Shown in pieces: positions 1-12,232 of a DNA stretch of 64,000 nt (its first letter is position 1; each line of letters starts with the position of its first letter). Source of the DNA: Leucoraja erinacea (Eukaryota); NCBI RefSeq assembly GCF_028641065.1, contig NC_073393.1, positions 16,492,001 through 16,556,000 on the forward strand, written 5' to 3'. A program made the translations under genes and the position numbers. The notes beneath the pieces were generated by a model. The model saw only the letters and a program-made list of their open reading frames with translations. It had not been told where the DNA came from and ran no database searches.

Positions 1-1479
1 ATAAGTATGACCTAAACTTGCACGAAGTTTCAGGTCCAATCCAGAAGCGTCAGCTATCAATGTTCTCCAGAGATGCTGCTTGATTCACTGATTTACTCCA
101 GCACTTAGTGCATTTTATGTGCAAACCAGCATCCGCAGTTCCCTGTGACAACTTTTTCAATAAAATATAATAAAATTCACACAAGCATTATCACCCGCAA
201 TCCACACAAAGCAATATTAGGGAAGAAAATCAAATGCTTATCAGAGAACAGGATCTTAAGGAATATTTTAAAGGAGGCAGATAGTCCAGTCGAACATGCA
301 ATAAGAACATATTTCACTCAAAATAATCTAATATTAAAGAGGCCAAGTGGCCATACTGTAAAAGCAATTTTGTGGCCTTCACACAAATAAAACCTGACCA
401 AACATGCTGTGAGAAACCAATGGATGTTTTAATGAACAAGTTATTAGTTAAAGGAAATGATGGAGGAGCTATTCATATGGAAGCACAAACAGGATGGAGA
501 GTAATCAGACCATACAATGGCATGTGCTGGTTGTAATTCAATTGGTTGTTTCCTTTGCTGAACCCATATGGTCTGGCTTAGTAACATGGTGTCAGGGCAA
601 TAACCTCTCTCTCAATGTCCCTGTTGTACTTGTGTATGGCTTGATTGTACTCATATATGCTGTGATTTGACTGGATAGTACGCAAACAAAGCTTTTCACT
701 GTAGCTCAGTACACGTAACAATAATGAACCAATACCAATACCAAAGGCACAGAGAGTTAGTAGCAACCATGGTTCCACTAAGTCTGGTCTCAACCCAAAA
801 GCCCTTTGGAAATGTTAATGCTCAAAGTGTTGCTAGATTGAAAACAATTCACCAGCTTTCAAACTGTTGAATAACAGAACTGTTACCATCAAAACATCTT
901 TACATGACAATAGACAAAACTTCCAACTGGATGAGCTTCTTTTGGGTGGACACTTCACAAAACTTCCACCAAACATTTATAGTCATGATAAAGATAATAC
1001 AATCAAAGTAGAGGTTGCATCAATCAAATTGTCACTGTTGTTGTACAATGATATAAGGGTTCAGGGAAAATTGGGCAACTTGCAAGGAATTTGTCAACAG
1101 GGATAAGCACCTTTAATGATGGGAATGAGTTTGTTCGTGTGAGCATCAGTACAACTTGTTATTAGTGTTATCCAGAGGTAACAGATGAATTTATATATCT
1201 GATCTGTTTGGATAGCATGCAAAACAAAGCTTTTCACTGTACCTCGGTACATGTGACAATAATAATCCTAAACCTAAACCTAAAGTTACAGTTATAGTCA
1301 AGAGTTAAAGCTGCTTAAGTTATTAAAGGGAATAGATCATTATTAGTGCATTGTATCACCTGGTGTTTTGTTGCTGTTAGTTTAGGAAAAATAAGTGGGT
1401 AGTTTCTTGTAATATAGAACAAAAATAATAGAACAGGACAGCACAGGAGCTTCAACTTATGATGTCTGTGCTGACAATG

Positions 1480-1760
1480 ACACAAAGTTCTAGTGCAACT
1501 CAGCCGGTCAGGCAGCATGGTTAAGTGACGTTTCGGGTTGAGACCCTTCTTCAGACTGGTTGTGGTGGGGAGGGGAGGGTTGGAACGAAAGTTGGAAAAA
1601 AGGAGGGGTCAGACAAAATGTGACAGGTAATAGGTAAACACAGGTGAGAGGGGTTTGACAGGCAGATGGCTGGACAAAGGCCAGAGATGAAAAATACATA
1701 ATGTGGGAGACAAAAGGATTGAAGAGTTACGAATTGTGAAGCCAGAGGTAAGAATGTAGG
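1480..1760 (-). mobile_element. Penelope terminal fragment with an intact hammerhead core
   Basis: Minus strand CTGAAGA-aGGGTctcaACCC-GAAAC-GTC. Related fragments at ~9590-9850 (+), 11075-11370 (+), 28710-29530 (-), 32545-33020 (-), 47150-47500 (+). Confidence 0.7.
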
Positions 1761-4021
1761 TGGATTGCGAGTGCCCATGGCATGGGCTCACCCTCTGGTA
1801 TTTGACATTTCTACTCTACAAAAATGTTTCTGATTATCTATCCTATCTATGCCTCTCATCATTCTTTAAACTCCCATCACGTCTCCCCTCAGATTGCAAT
1901 GGTGCAGGAAAAACAATTCAGGTTTACCCAACCTCACCTTATAATTAATCCAGGAAAATTACTGGTGAACCACTTCTGCAACCTCTCCAAAGCCTCCACA
2001 CTTTTCATGCAATGTGGCGACCAGAACTGCACATAGTATTCCAAATGTGGCTAAACTAGAGGTTAAATAATGCTTCAATGTGGCTTAACTAAAGCTTTAT
2101 ACCGTTACAACATGACTACTCAACACTTGTAGTCAACAACCCAGCTGAAGGCAAGCAGCCATAAGCCTTCATACCACCCTTTGCCCCTTTACGGAACTAT
2201 GGACTGCACCACCAGATCCTACTCTACATCAATGTCCCCATAATATGTTACATTCTTCCTTGTATTAATGTTTTATTTATTTGTTGTGTTTTCTCAGTCT
2301 TGATAAAGTTTGAAAAGAACACTTGCTGGTGCTGCTACTTCAGTCTTGACTAGTCTTATCCGGCGTGGATGGGTCCGGAGACTTGATGCAAGAGACAACT
2401 ACCTATATGAGAATGGTTGAGGATGTTTAGAGAGGGAATTCCAGAATTTTGAACTTGGCAGGATCACCAATGGTGGACTACACTCATCGAAGTTCAAGCT
2501 GTAGTTGGAAGAGCCGAGGAATGTAGGATGTTGTAACGGTAAAGAAGGTTACAGAAACTGGGAAAATTAAGACCACGTAGGAATCTCAAAACAAGGATGA
2601 GCATCTTAAATCTGAGGCGTTACCAAACTAAGAACTACTGTAGGCTAGGGGATAATGGATGATCCAATTTAGACTAGTGATATGGATAAAGTCATGAAAC
2701 AACTCTTTAATACATGCTAGTAGATGGAGGACAAGTGAAGATAACATTAAAAATAAGTACAAACACAGCGATGCTGGCAACACTCTTCATTACAGGGTCT
2801 TTCATACAACACCAGGTATTTGCCGTATCAACGAAAAGGAGAGTTCAACACATTGACTGAGCAGTCACCCATTCTCTGAGACATGATTTCACCTACATGT
2901 ATTTCAGTGAGGAACACACAGCATCAAAAGCACAGTATTTGCCAGAATCAGAATCACACTTTATTCGCCAAGTATGTTTTGCAACATACGAGTTATTAGC
3001 TTCTCACAAGTACATAGACACATAGACAATAGGTGCAGGAGTAGGCCCTTCGAGCCAGCACCGCCATTCAATGTGATCATGGCTGATCATCCACAATCAG
3101 TATCCTGTTCCTTCCTTCTCCCCATATCCCTTGATTTTGCTACCCCTAGGAGCTCTATCTAACTCTCTTTTGAATGCATCCAGTGAATCGGCCTCCACTG
3201 CCTTCTGAGGCAGAGAATTCCACAAATTAACACCTCTCTGTGTGTACAGGCAGCCACTCACTGCACTCATGTGCCCATTAGGGCATTCTTAATGAGCAGG
3301 GACCTTTCCTCAGCAGAAGGCATTTCACCTAGTGACTGTATGGATGGTTGTGCATCATCAGAAAAGTCTTCTGACTGTGAACTAAATCTCAGTGCAAGGA
3401 ATGCTGTTATCACAATGTTAAGGTAATAGGAATAAGAATAAATAGGAATAGGTACAGATACAATATGTTCCTGAATGATAGATCTCTTTACAATTTCCCA
3501 TCATTTCTGTTTACTGAAGGAAGGTAATTGCATAAGCCCTGCCTTGAAGTATCTACTGTTTCTTGGGATGCTTCACAGTACCTGGTACGGTCTTGCAATA
3601 TATCCTGACCTGCAGTCTCTCTGCGGCACATAATTAAGATTCTTTGGTTCCTCTTGAATAAGATCAAGCGCAAAAAACAGGTTTGATGTTTCCATTGTTT
3701 AGGAATAACTTTCCCGGTGCACCCACTGGTAGATACCGTCTCTTTATTGACTCGCTGAAAATGGCATCACTCTGCTCAACTCAAATTTTCTAACATCACT
3801 AATTATGATGACATAACTGTAGTCACAGCCCCAGCCTCTGCCTCATTAATTGTTTGAATGCATGTCACATGAAATCCTGTGCAAATTATGTTTTAAAAAA
3901 TCATACAATGCTCAACCAATGTCATTGGCAGGATGATTAATTGCTTGTCATTCTACCTCTGTTCCACCAGTGCAAGATGAAACCATCCCGTGGAAAAATG
4001 AAAATGAGGAAAGAACAGAAG

Positions 4022-4976
4022 CAGTATCACAGCCTTCTGCCCATCAGAGACTCCTGTTTTTGATGGCTGGCCCGGAGAATGAATGTTCTGGCGCTCTTCC
4101 AGATCATGGCTCAAGGTGAAATCATGTGAGCTCGCATAGAACATGCACTTATATAATCAATAAGCGAGTGTTTGTATCCAAAACTACTAACAAAAGTTTA
4201 CTATGATTTTAATGAGATCTCATTCTGATAAATTACAGTCCTTTAAAATCTAGGTTTATCTCATATTATCCCCATTCCTTTTGCACTTGGTGCTACATTC
4301 CTCCCTTTCACATAGATTGATCAAGGTTAGAAGCCATGCAGCTACCTTGCTTTAGAATTTAGAGATACAGCACAGAACAGGCCTTTGGCCCACCCCGTAG
4401 ACTAACTACACATACTAGGGACTATTTAACAACTTACTGAAGCCAATTAATCTATAAACCTATAAGTCTTTGGCGCGTGGGAGAAAATTAGAGCACCCAG
4501 AGAAAACCCATGCAGTCACAGAGGGAACGTATAAACTCTGTACAGACAGCACCCATAGTCAGGATCAAATCCAGGGCTCTGGCGCGGTAAGGCAGCAACT
4601 CTACTGTTGCGCCACTGTGCTGTCCGAATTAATGTAATAAAATATAAACAGATTTGTGGATTCTGATTAATGAATGGGCAAAGAACATTTTAGAATAACA
4701 AACAACAATATTTTAGCAAAACACAGGGAAAATAATTGATAAAGCTACAAATTTCAGTTTGTCAAGGTTTCACCGACATGAGTGGCAGTATCACAGCCTT
4801 CTGCCCATCAAAGACTCCTGTTTTCGATGGCTGGACTGGAGAATTAATGTTCTGGCACTCTTCCAGACCTTACCCCAAGGTGAAATCACGTGAGCTCGCA
4901 TAGAGCATGCACTTATATAATCAATAAGCGAGTGCTTGTATCCTAAACTACTAACAAAAGTTTACTATGATTTTAA
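4022..4976. repeat. Local direct duplication of ~190 bp (4022-4212 and 4786-4976)
   Basis: Ungapped alignment with ~15 substitutions, offset 764 bp. Confidence 0.92.
4355..4623 (-). mobile_element. tRNA-derived V-SINE (HE1-like)
   Basis: Minus strand GCACAGTGGCGCAACAGTAGAG..GGATTTGATCC (A/B-box-like) plus V-domain-like GGGTTTTCTCTGGGTGCTC..CTCCCAC. More degenerate copies at ~45195-45480 (+), ~57215-57325 (+) and ~61090-61150 (-). Confidence 0.75.
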
Positions 4977-6139
4977 AACTAGCTGTGCTTCTTAGTTCTT
5001 AAAACCAGGGATATTTATTACACCAGACACCGAGCTAGTCTCGGATGACATTGAGAAAGAAAAGTTAATCTTATCCGTTTGCTAGATGTCCTTGCAGATG
5101 GCCCCATCATTTATGTGTTCTTCCAGGTGAGCCCAAGCATTTTCTCCAAGCATCTAATTGTTTTTCTCAGTGAGCCTGCTTGCTAGACATGTGGTGCTGT
5201 TATTGGCAACTCCATCTAATCTGAAAAACCAGTTTGCTATTGCTGTTGCTTCAAATAAGAAATTGCATTGGGCATAAACTGAGGCAGTTCTTTACCTTTA
5301 AAATATTTTTTTCTCATACCCACTTTCTCATCTTGCAATTTCCTGAGGCTTATAAAGCTCAAGTAGATTGTCAGTTTCCGTCAAAACATCTAGGTACTGA
5401 TCTCAAGTTATTTTAATAACTTCAGTTATTGCAGACATCCCTTTCACATTTCCAAAACGTATTTTCTTTTCCTCTCCATATTTCATTTTTCTCCTCATAT
5501 TTATGCTTCTCACTGACATACAATACATTATTCATGAGTTGTTTCTTTAAATCTTAGCCAAACTTATCTAACAAACTGATAAAGTGCAGATCCTGGAAAA
5601 CTAAAATTTAAAAAAAAATAGGACACAGGAAATACTCAGCTGGTCAGGTAGAGTTTACGGAGCGAGAAAAATATATAGTGTTTTAAGTTAATGATATCTC
5701 ATTGGAATTGAGAATTCATAGAAATCAAACATAATTTAAGTTGTGGAGTAGAAGAGGTGGAAAGAATAGAGGGAATGGCTGGAAAGGCGAGGAGTGAAGG
5801 TAAGGAGATGTTAAAACAGATGAGAAGTGAGGAAAATAGTTGAAACCGGGAGAAACTGGAGAAATAAAATACAGCAGATGGTGGATATCTGACACAAATA
5901 CAGCACCTGGGATGACAGTTACAAAACTAATATTTCGGGCTGATTATTGTTTGTACGGGCTTCTTATTGTGCAAACTGAAAATTGAAATTGAAATTGTTG
6001 AATTCCACATTGAGTTCTGAGGGTGTGAGTGGCCTAATAGTAAAATGAGATCTTGTCAACCCAAATTTAAGTTGTAAGAGACAAAAGACAGTGAGGTCAG
6101 AGTGGAAAGGAGGTGCAGAACAATGTGACAGGTAAGTGG

Positions 6140-7020
6140 AAGCTCAGTTTATCCCTCTGCAATTGGATCCTCGACTTCCTCATCCACAGACCACAGACAG
6201 TTCGAATTGGCAGAAACACTTCATCCTCAGTAACAATCAGTACGGGAGCACCTCAAGGCTGCATGCTCAGCCCCCTGCTTTACTCATTCTATACCCATGA
6301 CTGCATAGCCGGACATAGTGCCGACGACATCACTGTTGTTAGACGAATCACAGATGGTGATGAGTCAGAGTATAGAAGTGAGATCGATTGTGGAGAGGGT
6401 CAAAAACTTCAAATTCCTGGGCGTGCATATTTCTGGACCCAGCACACTGATGCAATTATAAAGACGGTACATCAGCCACTCTACTTCGTGAGAAGATTAC
6501 GGAGATTCACAGTAGAGAGCATACTGACTGGTTGCATCGTGGCCTGGTTCAGCAAGTTGAACATCTAGGAACGAAAAAGACTGCAAAAGATTGTGACCAC
6601 TGCCTAGTTCATCACCGGCTTTGACCTCCCGACCATCGAAGGGATCTATCGAAGTCGCTGCCTCAAAAAGGCAGCCAACATCATCAAAGACCCACACCAT
6701 CCTGGCCACACACCCATTTCACCAATGCCATCGGGAAGAAGGTACAGGAGCCTGAAAACTAACGTCCAGGTTCAGGAACAGCTTCTTCCCTACAGCCACC
6801 AGGCTATTAAACACAATAACATATAAGCTCTGAATTGCAACATAATATTATTATTATTGCACAATATTTGTTATTTATTCAGTAAGTGTGCATGTGTTTA
6901 CACACACTGAACTTTTTTTTTCCCTTTTCCCGTTATGCACTGTGTTTACATATTCTGTTGTGCTGCAGCAAGTAGGGATTTCATTGTCCTATCTGGGACA
7001 GACTCTTGACTTGACTCTCT
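6140..7020 (+). mobile_element. 5'-truncated Rex1/Babar-type LINE, RT C-terminus
   Basis: [42 protein letters not shown]; frameshifts and stops; CTTGA-repeat tail. Confidence 0.85.
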
Positions 7021-8119
7021 TGAGGATCACCCTTCTGGCCAAATACGTGTTTTGTTTGGTTTCTCAACTCTGGAGACCACATAATGAGCACTGAATAAAT
7101 TAGAAGTGAATTGCTACTTCGTCTACGAATCCTTGGGTCCCTGGATGGTGGGCGGGAGGTTAAAATTAAGGCTCATGGGGAGCAGCACATAAAAGCTCAG
7201 AGAATTTAGCAGAATATAATACAACTAGGACTCTATAACAAAACAGAATTTGTGTATATTATAATACAACAAAACGGGAAGCATGTGCTTGTTGTCAGTG
7301 TTGGCTCTGTGGTCAGATGAGTCCATCTGTGCTGCATGACTCTAGTATTAATCACCCTATAATATTAAAATAAGAGGGGCAAAGTGGGTGCCTGGAATGA
7401 AAGACTGCATTCGCCCTATCTATTCCCCTCGTAATCTTGCACACGTCTATAATCAGCCTCCAGCGATCTAAGGAATACAGTACTAGTCTGCCTAACCTCT
7501 CCCCACAGCTCAAGCCTTCAAATCCTGGCAACATCATTATAAATCTTCTCTGCACTCTTTCCAGTTTAACAACATGCTTCTTATGGCATATAGAAGTAAA
7601 GAACTGCAGATGCTGATTAATATATAAAAGGGCACGAAGTGCTGGTGAAATTCAGCAGGTTATGCAGCTTCTCTGGAGAACATGGAAAGGATGGAGATGT
7701 CTCAGATAGAGTCTCGAACCACAGCATCATTTATCCATGTTCTCCAGATGGTCGATTATCCTTTGCATTCATTTCCAGCTGCCTGATATTTGCTGTAAAC
7801 GACTAGTTTCATAATTTAACTTGGGAGTATTTGAATTTCAAAAGAATGAATCCCTTTCTCTAGCAATTAATTATAAACACATTAAATCACCAGAACAAGT
7901 AATCTAAATTTAAAAAGTATGGTATTCTCAACCTTCTGAATTTTGTAGTCGGCAGGGCAGTACTCTGCATATCGCCAACTTGGACAATTTAACATTTTTA
8001 TCAAGCCACCGTGACTGCCCCTCAGATCAACCATAGCGTTAAAAATGGATAAAACATAAAGGTCATTCACTTTTCCAGATATAAACGTGTGTGAGCTCAA
8101 TCCCGTTTCCGATAGACGA

Positions 8120-8270
8120 ATGGCAGATTGGCAGGATCATACCGCCCTCCCACCGGTAGGGACGCGCTGCCAAGGAGGCCACCGCCCACGTGGCTGTTTC
8201 CTTGTCTGGCTAAACACTGAGCGACTGTTTGTTGATGCGCATGCGCGGGAAAGGGCGCCGGAATTTGAAC
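8120..8270 (+). promoter_or_regulatory. CpG-island promoter with inverted CCAAT, NRF1, E2F and CHR elements
   Basis: ATTGG 8127-8131; TGCGCATGCGC 8236-8246; GCGCGGGAAA 8243-8252; TTTGAA 8264-8269 preceded by GC-rich GGCGCCGG. Confidence 0.75.
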
Positions 8271-8297
8271 AAGAGGAGCGGCGGTTGATGTGTGCGA
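8270..8297 (+). other. anln: Probable first (5'UTR) exon of the anillin-like gene; TSS approximate
   Basis: Lies just downstream of the CHR element in a CpG island. Strong donor CGA|GTGAGT (intron starts 8298). Contains an ATG at 8288. Confidence 0.6.
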
Positions 8298-8315
8298 GTG
8301 AGTGGAGCAGCCGAA

Positions 8316-8591
8316 GGACCGGGAATAGGGAGACGGTGCGGGGGGGACCGGGAATAAGGAGACGGTGCGGGGGGGACCGGGAATAAGGAGGCGGTGTGAG
8401 GGGGACCGGGAATAAGGAGAGGGGGACGGGAATAAGCGGGCGGGGGGGACCGGGAATAAGGCGGTGTGAGGGGGGGACCGGCAATAAGGAGGTGGTGCGG
8501 GGGGACCGAGAATAAGGTGGTGTGAGGGGGACCGGGAATAAGGAGGCGCAGCTCACGGTGCGGGGGGAGGGGGACCGGGACCGGGAATAAG
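8316..8591 (+). repeat. G-rich minisatellite in intron 1, ~10 units of ~20-30 bp
   Basis: Repeated core GGGGACCGGGAATAAGGAG(A/G)CGGTG. Confidence 0.9.
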
Positions 8592-10477
8592 ATCTTGTCA
8601 CCGCGCAGGGTGCGGACGGGTCGGTTGTTGGTTGCAGACTGAGTGCATTCTGGTGGAGCATTCGTGCCGAACGCTGGAGCTCCCTCGGCCTCTGTCGCTT
8701 CTACCACAACACTTCTACCCAAATATACTAGAGGAGCTCTATCTTTGCTTCTTCCTGGAGGCGGTCCGGGTGAAGGGCCCCCTTTCACGTGTAATCTGTG
8801 ACAGCACAATTGGCTGCCGATTGGCGATGTATGTTTAATTGAGGGGTGCTCCAGTAAACTCAAGGCGCGTTTGCAGGCGAACTCTTTCCCCGCATGAGCT
8901 TCATGTAACCGCGGTGCGTATACGGAGGAATATCGCCCCGTGGCCGCCCAGCTCAGGAATGCATGCGGGACCAGCAATGTGCCAAACACCATGGGCTCGC
9001 CCATCATTCGCGTCAAACTTGGCAGCTTTCACCCACCGGCCACAGGGTGGGGTGGGGGCGTGGTGGAGGCTGATCAATCCCACTGTTTTCATTCGCATTA
9101 AACGTGATAAATGCGGCCACCTCGGGCCGTGGGTCCTGATGAGCAAGTTGGCCGCATTCAAGTCACTCTTCCGCTCCTGGACTCCCGCTGCCAGCCTTCT
9201 ACCCTCTCATTTATTTCCCACTGGTTCCGTAATATTAACTGTTCACTCTTCCCCTTGCCCACTCCAATCTTGCCCCTCTGCTCACTCAATAACAATCCCT
9301 ATATTGTCGCCAAATCTGTTGAAAAGGTTGTTGTTGTTGTCTGCAAGATAACCTCTATCATGCTGAGGCCAGGCATCAACTATTGGACACCTACGATAGT
9401 CCTCTACCTACTCCTCGACCATGCCTTTGATAAACTCCAGGACACCACCTCCCAGAGCATCTCCAATCTTATTGTCCCTGATCTCCCATGCATAACATCT
9501 AATCGTGTATTTCCCCAATACTGCAGTGTCTGTTACTATCTCCATCCAAAGCTCACAAGTAGATCTGCCTTGGTATATTGTTTCTGCCTCCTGCTGCTGA
9601 ACTGAAGGGTTTCGGCCCGAAACGTTGCCTATTTCCTTCGCTCCATAGATGCTGCTGCACCCGCTGAGTTTCTCCAGCTTTTTTTTGTGTACCTTCCTCT
9701 TCAAATATCTTGATTCTATCTTGTTCCTCCTCACTTCACTCCCCTTCTCTCCTTATGTTTTGGCTCCTTTTCACCTCTGGCCTTTGCTACTTACACCATC
9801 CACTGGCCAATAGAACCCTCGCCTGTATCCATCTTATCATTTACCAGGATTTGTCCTTGCTGAGGGAGTTTACCACTATTTTGTCAGCCCCAAACTTTGC
9901 TGTAATGTTCTTTCCAACACATTCAGCACAACTTAACTTGTATTTTAAGTGGGGCAACACAAAATCTCCTGTTGATTATGATGTTGGATTTGTGCATTTT
10001 TGTGGGTAATGGGATTGGTAGAGGCTTCTTGATATCTTAGATATGTCTTCCTAGTAAGAGAAAAAATGAAGTGGTTGCCCATCTCGTCAGTCTGTCATTG
10101 GTTGACAAGAAACATTTTGAGAGCCAACAAGTAAACGGATGAATGGATGGGTCTCGAAGTGAACAGCCATATTATTGCAAAATGTCTCATCACCAAAACG
10201 TTAAAGCAAGATGTTGTTCAGCAATTAATTGACTTTCTGTTAGATCCAGATGAAATCTTGCTCGAACGTTTTGACGATGAGACATTCTGCAATGACATAG
10301 CCGTTCACAGCTGAGTAGTATGGAATTTGTTGATAATTTGTCTTTTTGGGCGTATGACAGAACTTTGCTTATGCATCTCATTTTGAAAATTGTAGATGTG
10401 ATAGCAAGTTGCATTATTATTTGGGCCTTTCTACTCTTGCTTTGCAGACAACATTGTACTTAAAGTGATATAAAAAC

Positions 10478-10568
10478 ATGTCATCTCTTTGCACTGTGGA
10501 GTCGATGTTGCGCAGCCCTTTGAAGCGCTTGAGGCAGCCTTCCACAGACAATGAAGGAAATGAGGGAG
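10478..10568 (+). CDS. anln: anillin-like coding exon 1 (exon 10448-10568), [30 protein letters not shown]
   Basis: Acceptor tttgcag|, AAACATG start context, donor GAG|GTGAGT phase 1. KRLRQP resembles ANLN KRARQP. Confidence 0.8.
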
Positions 10569-12198
10569 GTGAGTTACACTGGTTAAACTGCAAGCAATTC
10601 TACTCAAAAGGTTTTCCCACACTGCCTTTGTGGTACAAAAATAGAGTGGTCACATTCTACTGATCTGTGTAGTTTTTCATTTTCCATTGAGGTATTATGT
10701 TGATTACAAACCAGAAACTAACTTGGCTGTTGCCTACTAGGCATGGTCATTTTACCACATCCTTTTAAACTATTGAAATTGTAAATGACTAGAAGATTAG
10801 TGAAATTCATTAACAACCTGAGGTGCTTCTTCAAATTATCTTTAATTTCTTTCCAAACTACTTTCCATGGTTTCTTAAAATTTGCTTATTAACTTGCATT
10901 GATTCCCCTGCCTTTGTACTTGATCTTACTCCAACCTCTCTTATTTTCCTATTTACAAACTTGTTTTTAGTCCCAGCATGGAAAAATTGAAAAATCTATC
11001 ACTCCCTTTTAAGAACATTTTAAGCCATGTGTTGCATTTGAACTGGAAGATAAAAAATAGACATCTCCATACCTGAAGTAGCCCTTGCTTTCCCTCTCTC
11101 TCCATCCCCTCCCCCTCCCCAGTTCTCTTACTACTCTTACTGTCCCCAGCTACATTTTATCTCTGTACCGCCCATTCCCCTGACATCAGTCTGAAAAAGG
11201 GTCTCGACCCGAAATGTCACCCATTCCTCTCCAGAATTTTGTGTCTACATGCCTCCCTATAGGTATGGGTCCCTATACCTTCTCCCTTGCCTCCTACCAG
11301 GGATCCCAGCAATCCTTTCAAGTGAGACGGGTTTATGTGCACCTCCACTGACCTCATCTACCGCATCCGATCCAACCCTTTAGTTTTTTTTTACAGTTTC
11401 TTGTTTCTCTAAAAATACATGTTGCTCTAAGGCAACTTTATCATCATTGCTTTGTGCTTGTTATTAGTTATGTCTCCAAGAAGCAGATACCTTTTATTGG
11501 AAAAAAATCTTTCTTGTGGGAAAGACATTTGTGAAATTTCATTTTGTAAAAGTGAGTTCTAAGTGAAGAGCTCTGTTGGCATGAGCTTATTTCAAGAACC
11601 CTATGTTTTTAGCGCTTTTGTAATGTGGCAACTTATTTAAAGACCTGAAAATCTCTTCGACTAGCAAACCCTCTGAATGTAAAATAAATAGAGGTAGAGG
11701 CCAAAATATGTTTATTCTTTTTTTTGAAGGTGTCAAAACAATGGTTTAAGAAGGTAGACACAAAAAAGAAGGGGTACTCTGTCCTTGTAACGGATGGGGG
11801 AGCAGTGGGATATCGAGCAGGCCCTAGCGAGAGCCTCGTCTATAATGGAAGGGGGAAACCCCCATTTCCTAAAGAATGAGGACATCTCCGATTCATTAGG
11901 GAACGGGGGTTTCCCCCCCTTCCATTAAAGATGAAGCTCTCACTAGGGTCTCCTCAATATCCCACAGCTCTTCCACTCTTGCTCTCTCTACCCCCCCCCC
12001 CCCCCCCCCATCCGTAATAAGGACAGAGTCGCCCTTATCCTCACCTTCCACCCCATCAGCCGCTACACACAGCATATAATCCTCCAACATTTTCGCCACC
12101 TCCAACGGGATTCCACGACTGGCTACATCTTCCCATCTCCACCCCTTTCATGTTCTTTGCCCTGCAACCGCAGGAGATGCAGCACCTGTCCCTTTACC

Positions 12199-12232
<34 letters not shown>

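Noticed and set aside
8316-8591. Repeat array resembling CRISPR
   Set aside because: No unique spacers, eukaryotic context, no cas genes; it is a minisatellite.
8087-9351. Long GC-rich ORFs (99-268 aa) on both strands
   Set aside because: Explained by the CpG island and minisatellite; low-complexity translations with no recognisable domain.
12200-12231. Polyproline ORF segments
   Set aside because: Translation of a poly-C run within a Penelope remnant; homopolymer length may be unreliable.
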